From Obrimoposthia wandeli (Eukaryota): a DNA stretch of 64,000 nucleotides. Numbering within the stretch: the stretch's first letter is position 1; each line of letters starts with the position of its first letter. The translations under genes were made by a program, and so were the position numbers. Under the pieces are notes generated by a model. That model did not search any database, was not told the DNA's origin, and saw only the letters and a list, made by a program, of their open reading frames with translations. Positions 59,289 through 64,000 of this stretch are shown piece by piece. The stretch lies in contig CDROCS010000253.1 of NCBI GenBank assembly GCA_977020255.1, forward strand, positions 4,030,001-4,094,000, in the 5' to 3' direction.

Positions 59289-59676
59289 TAATTGCTCTAT
59301 TACTTACGATTATTTTACGCTTAAATCGATTATTAGTGATAATTTGAAATGATGCAGGGATTTGTAAACTATCTCCATCAATACTTCGTTGAGAGAAATC
59401 ATCAAATTTATAATCAATACCTAACTTCTCAATAGCTTCTAAAATCACACCATCAGGACCACCAGGTGACGCAGGCATAATTTTTCCTGTGATGCTATTT
59501 GTTCTAGCTTTAGTGTAAAGACCATAAGCAATACGAAGTAACAAGCCATTTTTAACAAGTTTTCTTAACTCTCGACCTACTTGATCATATCCAGCAATAT
59601 CAGAGAAGTCGGCACGAGAAAAAACATATCGCTTTGAACGATTAATTCTTGTTTTTACTTTATTTGCTATCGTCAT
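59278..59676 (-). CDS. AbiEi-like / DUF6088 antitoxin (winged HTH)
   Basis: VFSRADF...YDQVGREL..LV..G.L.RIAYGLY; overlaps the toxin start by 11 nt; ATG at 59676 with AGGAG SD. Confidence 0.85.
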   Translation of the reverse strand: MTIANKVKTRINRSKRYVFSRADFSDIAGYDQVGRELRKLVKNGLLLRIAYGLYTKARTNSITGKIMPASPGGPDGVILEAIEKLGIDYKFDDFSQRSIDGDSLQIPASFQIITNNRFKRKIIVSNRAINAG

Positions 59677-59703
59677 GACAATTCTCCTATGAAGCACACT
59701 TTT

Positions 59704-59771
59704 AATATAGCAAATATACGACACCTAAACAACGCAAACATACGACATCAATCCGGTATAAAAATACGACA
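59704..59771 (-). promoter_or_regulatory. Promoter of the AbiE operon with three ATACGACA direct repeats at a 24-bp period
   Basis: Repeats at 59716, 59740 and 59764; minus-strand TTGTTT-17 nt-TATATT, with the first repeat inside the spacer. Confidence 0.6.
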
Positions 59772-59803
59772 TAACACAATAGGTATCATCTTTTAAATTA
59801 GCA

Positions 59804-60429
59804 TCAATTAAATAAACCACTATTTTTTTGTGCTGACGGATGCGTATCATTATAAACTTGGGTAAGTTTTTTACGGCTAACATGTGTATATATCTGTGTT
59901 GTAAGAATGCTAGCATGACCTAACATTTCTTGAATATGCCTTAAATCAGCGCCATTATCTAACATGGTAGTTGCAGTGTTATGGCGAAATAAATGACAAG
60001 CTCCTTTGCGGTCAAACCCTGCGAGCTTTACATACTGAGAGGCCATATAAGAAAGCTTTCCCGGTACATAGCGTTACCATTGTTTACTAAGAATAGTGCC
60101 TTTCCTGAGCTTATAAATGCAAACATTGGGCGTATTTTTCCGAGATAAAAAGCTAGCCATTCACAACCCCTGAGGCTCATTGGAACTAATCGTTCTTTCT
60201 TACCTTTACCGTGAACACGAACCATGCTTCCATTGAAATCAATATCATCAACATTAAGTTTTACTAATTCTCCTCGACGAATTCCAAAAGCAAAAAAACA
60301 CTCAAGTATTGCTCTGTCCCGTAATCCTTTAATCCCAAAAAGCAATGGCTGCTCTAAAATGACTTCTATCTCCTCTACTGTATATAGTGCTTTAGGTATT
60401 TGTTCTCCTTTGCTTGGTAATTCAATGCC
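59804..60429 (-). pseudogene. XerC/XerD-like tyrosine recombinase, 5'-truncated and frameshifted
   Basis: GIELP..., LRDRAILE.F.AFGIRRGEL, HGKGKKER; frameshift near 60060-60065; then [33 protein letters not shown]-terminal domain absent. Confidence 0.88.
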
Positions 60430-60496
60430 ATCCTATGTGTTTGTCGGTCTAAGCTCGAAGACAATGGATCTTCGACTAGAGACTTCGAAGATGACG
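60426..60496 (+). repeat. CGTCAT/ATGACG REP-like doublet at the recombinase breakpoint
   Basis: Degenerate left arm TGCCATCCTATGTGTTTGTCGG plus right arm ATGGATCTTCGACTAGAGACTTCGAAGATGACG. Confidence 0.65.
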
Positions 60497-60630
60497 TTAT
60501 TAATTAACACCTCAATAAAATGATGTTATAGATTAACTATTGAGTGAAATACTTAGGAAACAAAAGAAATTATTTTTCCAGCTAAAGGTTCTATTATTAA
60601 TATAACCTTTATTTTCATTAACAAAGAGCC

Positions 60631-60945
60631 GTGCCTATGAAATTAATTTACAGTAATGAAAATCAATTTTTAGTAAATAACGCTAAAAACATTCTTGAAA
60701 ATCACAATATAGAAGTCACTTTAAAAAATGAGTTTGCCTCAGGTGCTGCCGGTGTATTAGCGCCTATAGATACTTGGGTAGAGTTGTGGGTAATTAATGA
60801 TATTGATGAGGAAAAAGCGGAAATAACCTTAGCGAAGGCGTTAAAACAACAAGGAGAACACGATTGGTTTTGTCAGCAGTGCCAAGAACAAAATGATGCC
60901 TCTTTTGACAGTTGTTGGCAGTGCCAAACTGAAAAGGCTTCGTAG
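60631..60945 (+). CDS. DUF2007 'putative signal-transducing' protein with C-terminal zinc ribbon
   Basis: AKNILE..NIEV.LKNEF..GA.G.L.PIDTW.ELWV; W.CQQC.EQN..SFD.CWQC. Confidence 0.85.
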   Translation: MPMKLIYSNENQFLVNNAKNILENHNIEVTLKNEFASGAAGVLAPIDTWVELWVINDIDEEKAEITLAKALKQQGEHDWFCQQCQEQNDASFDSCWQCQTEKAS

Positions 60946-61046
60946 TACGCAGTATATATAGAACAAATAGCACGAATAGATAAAACGAAAAAATAGGGTT
61001 AGACACACTTAATTTTTCTATTTCAGTGTTCGTTTCCTCTTTTTTT

Positions 61047-61352
61047 TTAAACTGCCACGTTCGCTGTATTAGGCTCTACCTTTAACTTTAGCCCTAAACC
61101 ATGAATCACTTGAGTAAAGCTTGTTAATTTAGGGTTACCTGTAGATGAAAGCATTTTGTACATACTTTCTCGTCCTAAATTAGAGCGTGCAGCTAAGCCA
61201 CTAATACCATCTTCTTGCGCTTCAGCAATATTTCTCAACACCATTAAAATGACTGAAGCATCGCCATCTTCAAACGCTTCACTTAAATATTCGGCTGCTA
61301 CTTCTGGATCCCGTAGTAACTCATTATGAGTTTGTCTTACATTACGTGTCAT
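61047..61352 (-). CDS. Putative addiction-module antidote (HTH_XRE)
   Basis: L..PE.AAEYL.EA.E.GD...L..LRNIAEA..GISGLA..S.LGRES.YK.LS..GNP.L; ATG at 61352 with GAGGAG SD. Confidence 0.88.
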   Translation of the reverse strand: MTRNVRQTHNELLRDPEVAAEYLSEAFEDGDASVILMVLRNIAEAQEDGISGLAARSNLGRESMYKMLSSTGNPKLTSFTQVIHGLGLKLKVEPNTANVAV

Positions 61353-61383
61353 TTTTATTTCTCCTCTTATGATTTTTCCAACA

Positions 61384-61686
61384 TTATTTTGCTTTCTTAA
61401 TGTCTTTAGACTGTGTTGATTTATCACCGCCACACAAAAGCAAATATACCTGCTGACCTTCTTTACCGTAATACACTCGATAACCAGGCCCATAATGAAG
61501 TCTAAGTTCACTTAGTCCATCGCCAATGGGTTCAACGTCACCAAATAAACCCAACTCCATTTTATCGATTTGGATCATGACTTTAGCTTTTGCTTTAGCA
61601 TCTTTTAGGCTTTTCAACCAATCTGCATAAAGGCTTTTACCTGAATCATCAATGTATTCATTTATTGTGTTGTTTATATCTCGCAT
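61384..61686 (-). CDS. RelE/ParE(HigB)-type addiction-module killer, apparently nonsense-truncated
   Basis: GNFGD-like GLFGDVEPIGDGLSELRLHYGPGYRVYY..LLLCGGDKSTQ.KDI.KAK*; frame continues CWKNHKRRNKNDT to 61342. Confidence 0.85.
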   Translation of the reverse strand: MRDINNTINEYIDDSGKSLYADWLKSLKDAKAKAKVMIQIDKMELGLFGDVEPIGDGLSELRLHYGPGYRVYYGKEGQQVYLLLCGGDKSTQSKDIKKAK

Positions 61687-61762
61687 GCACCAATCGTATC
61701 CCAAAGGATACATAAAGAAAATTTTACTTTTAATCTAAAAACAAAAACGTCCATTGTACGCA

Positions 61763-61781
61763 ATACCCGTTACCATTCAAA
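61763..61781 (+). repeat. Solo terminal repeat of the ERIC-like MITE
   Basis: ATACCCGTTACCATTCAAA, identical to 37657-37675. Confidence 0.7.
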
Positions 61782-61790
61782 ATACTTATG

Positions 61791-62981
61791 TCAGTGCGTT
61801 CGTGTGACCGCTAAAACACTAACAACAAGATAATCAATATCTTTTTCAGGAATTGAGGCAAGATTAATTCGTCCGTTATTCAAGCCGTATATGGCATATT
61901 CATCTCTGAGACTTTCCATTTGCTCTTCTGTTGCGGGCAACATAGCAAACATGCCTTCTTGAGATAAAATATAATCAAAATAGTTATCGCCTGAGTGTTG
62001 GCGAAAAGCAGCGCAAAGTTTTTCTCTTATGCCTTTAATTTTACCATTTATCTGCGTAAGTTCATCTGACCACATTTTTCTCAATGCAGGTGTTTTCAAA
62101 ATGGTTTTGACAATTTCAGCACCATTAGACGGAGGTACCCAATAGGTGGTTTTACTCATAATAGCGAGTTGAGATTGTGCTTTATCTGCTTCTTCTTGTG
62201 TTGGACTTAGAATATAAGCCGCGCCTACTCTATCACTGTATACACCGAAATTTTTCGAACAACTCACGCAAAGCGCTAAGCGTTCAACCGTATTGGCAAC
62301 AATAAGCAAGCCCGCAGCATCTTCATTTAATCCGTCGGCAAAGCCTTGATAAGCGGTGTCGATTAAAGGCAAGAAGTTAGTTGCTTTTGCTAGCTGGGCA
62401 ATTTGCTGCCAATGTTGCGCTGTTAAACGTAATCCTGACGGGTTATGGCAAGAGCCATGCAGTAACACCACGTCATTTTCGCCTAATTGCTCTAGTGTAT
62501 TGAACATGCCATGTGCATCAAGGGTCATGGTTTTATGGTCAATAAAAGGATATTCCTCATAAGCCAAACCTGCGGCGATAATGGTGGGGATATGGTTGGC
62601 ATACGTTGGGTCACTTACCCAAATTTTGGCCGTAGGGTTTGCGAGTTTAATTAACTCTAATATGGCGCGTAAACCGCCACTGCCACCAGCCGTTTGAACA
62701 CCACTGACATAGCCATTAACGGCTTGGTTGGCAAACACCAGATCTTGTAGTAATTGAACGTATTCAAGATCACCTTTTGAACCAACATAACTTTTATTTC
62801 GTCCTGCATTGGCGAGCTGTTGGTCAGCTTGCTTCACTGCTTTCATTAACAAGGTGTTGTCATTGCTATCTTTATAAACACCGACGGTTAAGTCCACTTT
62901 AAAAGGTCTTTCATCTTTAGATGAACGTGCCATTAAGTCTATGATTTCGTCAACAACAGGTAGGGAAATATTGGCAAACAT
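61791..62981 (-). CDS. Aromatic-amino-acid/aspartate aminotransferase (AspC/TyrB family)
   Basis: KVDLTVGVYKD, VQTAGGSGGL, LLHGSCHNPSG, DTAYQGF, PLP-Lys SCSKNFGVYSDRVG, GRIN. Confidence 0.92.
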   Translation of the reverse strand: MFANISLPVVDEIIDLMARSSKDERPFKVDLTVGVYKDSNDNTLLMKAVKQADQQLANAGRNKSYVGSKGDLEYVQLLQDLVFANQAVNGYVSGVQTAGGSGGLRAILELIKLANPTAKIWVSDPTYANHIPTIIAAGLAYEEYPFIDHKTMTLDAHGMFNTLEQLGENDVVLLHGSCHNPSGLRLTAQHWQQIAQLAKATNFLPLIDTAYQGFADGLNEDAAGLLIVANTVERLALCVSCSKNFGVYSDRVGAAYILSPTQEEADKAQSQLAIMSKTTYWVPPSNGAEIVKTILKTPALRKMWSDELTQINGKIKGIREKLCAAFRQHSGDNYFDYILSQEGMFAMLPATEEQMESLRDEYAIYGLNNGRINLASIPEKDIDYLVVSVLAVTRTH

Positions 62982-63033
62982 GGGATCTCTTCAATTAAAT
63001 AGCAAAAAAAATACATTCAAAGCAAGAGTATAC

Positions 63034-63135
63034 TATACCCATGCCCCTTCAAAATATATCTGTTGTGGAAGAATAAGTAATTTAGACCAAGGCACTATAG
63101 AGAGTTAACTCGCAAGTATATACCCATGTTACATG
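63034..63135 (+). repeat. Two orphan TATACCC MITE left ends
   Basis: TATACCCATGCCCCTTCAAA at 63034 and TATACCCATGTTAC at 63119; no matching right ends seen. Confidence 0.45.
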
Positions 63136-63232
63136 GATGGTGTTATGAGATAATGCAGGAGTAATTATCCTGAGCACATTGTCGTAACAACCCTTAATAA
63201 AAAACTTTACGTTTTCAATAAAAAACTAATCA

Positions 63233-63256
63233 CTACTGACACCATGCTGTCAGTAG
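63233..63256. promoter_or_regulatory. Palindromic operator upstream of the VOC gene
   Basis: CTACTGACA-N6-TGTCAGTAG, perfect 9-bp arms, no U-tract. Confidence 0.6.
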
Positions 63257-63322
63257 CACAGTGCTATTGTTCCCTTATCGCAATCAAATCGATTGCGAAT
63301 TTATTAATTAAGGGAATACAAT

Positions 63323-63706
63323 ATGTTAGAGCATTCACCATTGGTATGGGCTGAAATATCTGTTACTGATATGAACCGAGCAGTTTCATTTTATCAAACG
63401 CATTTTGGTTTAACGTTTAAACACGAAGTAATGAATGACATGGAAATGTCTATTGCTGAAACGGCCAATATAGGCGATCCAAGTTTTGCCCTTTTAAAAC
63501 ACGATATGATGGTGCCAAGTCGAGATGGCAGCACAGTGTATTTACATCTTAGTTTGACGTTAAATGACAAAGTGAATGAGATTAAAGCAGCGGGAGTTGA
63601 AATTTTATTACCTCCAATGCCGATTAAAGATGGCGAATGTGGCTACATTGCTATTTTTGTAGATAGCGAAGGAAATAAAGTTGGGTTGTGGTCTCAAAGT
63701 CTGTAA
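63323..63706 (+). CDS. VOC/glyoxalase-family protein
   Basis: VWAEISVTDM.RA..FY, G..VYL, GYIA.F.DSEGN.VGLWS. Confidence 0.88.
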   Translation: MLEHSPLVWAEISVTDMNRAVSFYQTHFGLTFKHEVMNDMEMSIAETANIGDPSFALLKHDMMVPSRDGSTVYLHLSLTLNDKVNEIKAAGVEILLPPMPIKDGECGYIAIFVDSEGNKVGLWSQSL

Positions 63707-63707
63707 C

Positions 63708-63974
63708 TATACCCAAGCCACTTGAAGATGCGTATTTCAGGACGCCTGAGCGATTTATGATCAAGGCGCATCTTTTTATTAAGGGTTATTCCCTTAAAAA
63801 ACGAGGCAACGAAGAGCATAAACTGCTCAGGAGTCCCCGTAGGGCTGGTTTAGAAACGCTTTATGCTACGTTATTGATTTCGACAATAGAATAACTATTC
63901 TCTTCAATCAATGCCTTGCCTAAAAGCGTTTCTAATTCCAGCTGAAACCTGCATCTTCAAGTGACTTGGGTATA
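63708..63974. mobile_element. 267-bp composite ERIC-like MITE
   Basis: 24-bp TIRs TATACCCAAG(C/T)CACTTGAAGATGC (1 mismatch); two internal AAGGC...AACG cores in opposite orientation. Confidence 0.85.
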
Positions 63975-64000
63975 TACCCGTTCCTCTTGAAGATCCAGGT
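63973..64000 (+). mobile_element. Start of a second ERIC-like MITE sharing the TA with the preceding element (runs off window)
   Basis: TATACCCGTTCCTCTTGAAGATCCAGG. Confidence 0.7.

Noticed and set aside
54973-60496. Direct repeats at 54973 and 60464 as attL/attR of an integrated element
   Set aside because: The same motif occurs elsewhere (18.6 kb, 30.9 kb), and the enclosed segment includes a housekeeping-type symporter. It is treated as a dispersed repeat; not fully excluded.
3858-62562. Numerous 60-163 aa antisense ORFs overlapping long genes (e.g. 3858, 8691, 11188, 23448, 25482, 39381, 60224)
   Set aside because: Shadow frames of well-supported genes on the opposite strand.
63688-63894. 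68-aa ORF after the VOC gene
   Set aside because: Reads through the 267-bp MITE.

Overview
A 64-kb chromosomal window from an AT-rich marine gammaproteobacterium. Gene content and order (torA/torD, uvrY-uvrC-pgsA-tRNAs, fabA-rmf-DUF3466-uup-rlmKL, DUF2999/HopJ) suggest Alteromonadales, probably Colwellia-like; this is inference, not a database result. The first ~47 kb is mostly core or metabolic. It holds two expanded tRNA arrays (8 Gly/Cys/Leu genes; 6 tandem initiator tRNA-fMet genes), a MoxR/VWA pair, a PhnD-like ABC transporter, a TonB receptor and a methionine-sulfoxide-repair neighbourhood (msrB-msrA, plus a MsrA-thioredoxin-MsrB fusion). From ~48.7 to ~61.7 kb there is a mosaic, partly decayed defence or accessory region. 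It contains a SauUSI-like PLD-SF2 helicase-DUF3427 nuclease, a 2.6-kb stop-riddled AT-rich block and a truncated methyltransferase. It also holds a co-oriented AbiE-type antitoxin/toxin + small ORF + TIR operon beside a broken XerC/D-like recombinase, with three 24-bp-periodic repeats between them, and a RelE/HigB-type addiction pair whose toxin appears to carry a nonsense mutation. At least four families of small non-autonomous repeats are scattered through the window: ERIC-like TATACCC MITEs, a GGGTCTGTTGA MITE inserted at the uvrY stop codon, CGTCAT/ATGACG REP-like doublets and a GTAG REP doublet. Gene relics not shown in the ORF track (kefC-like, osmC-like) and two small unlisted ORFs were also found. 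All identifications come from reading sequence motifs; no searches were run.
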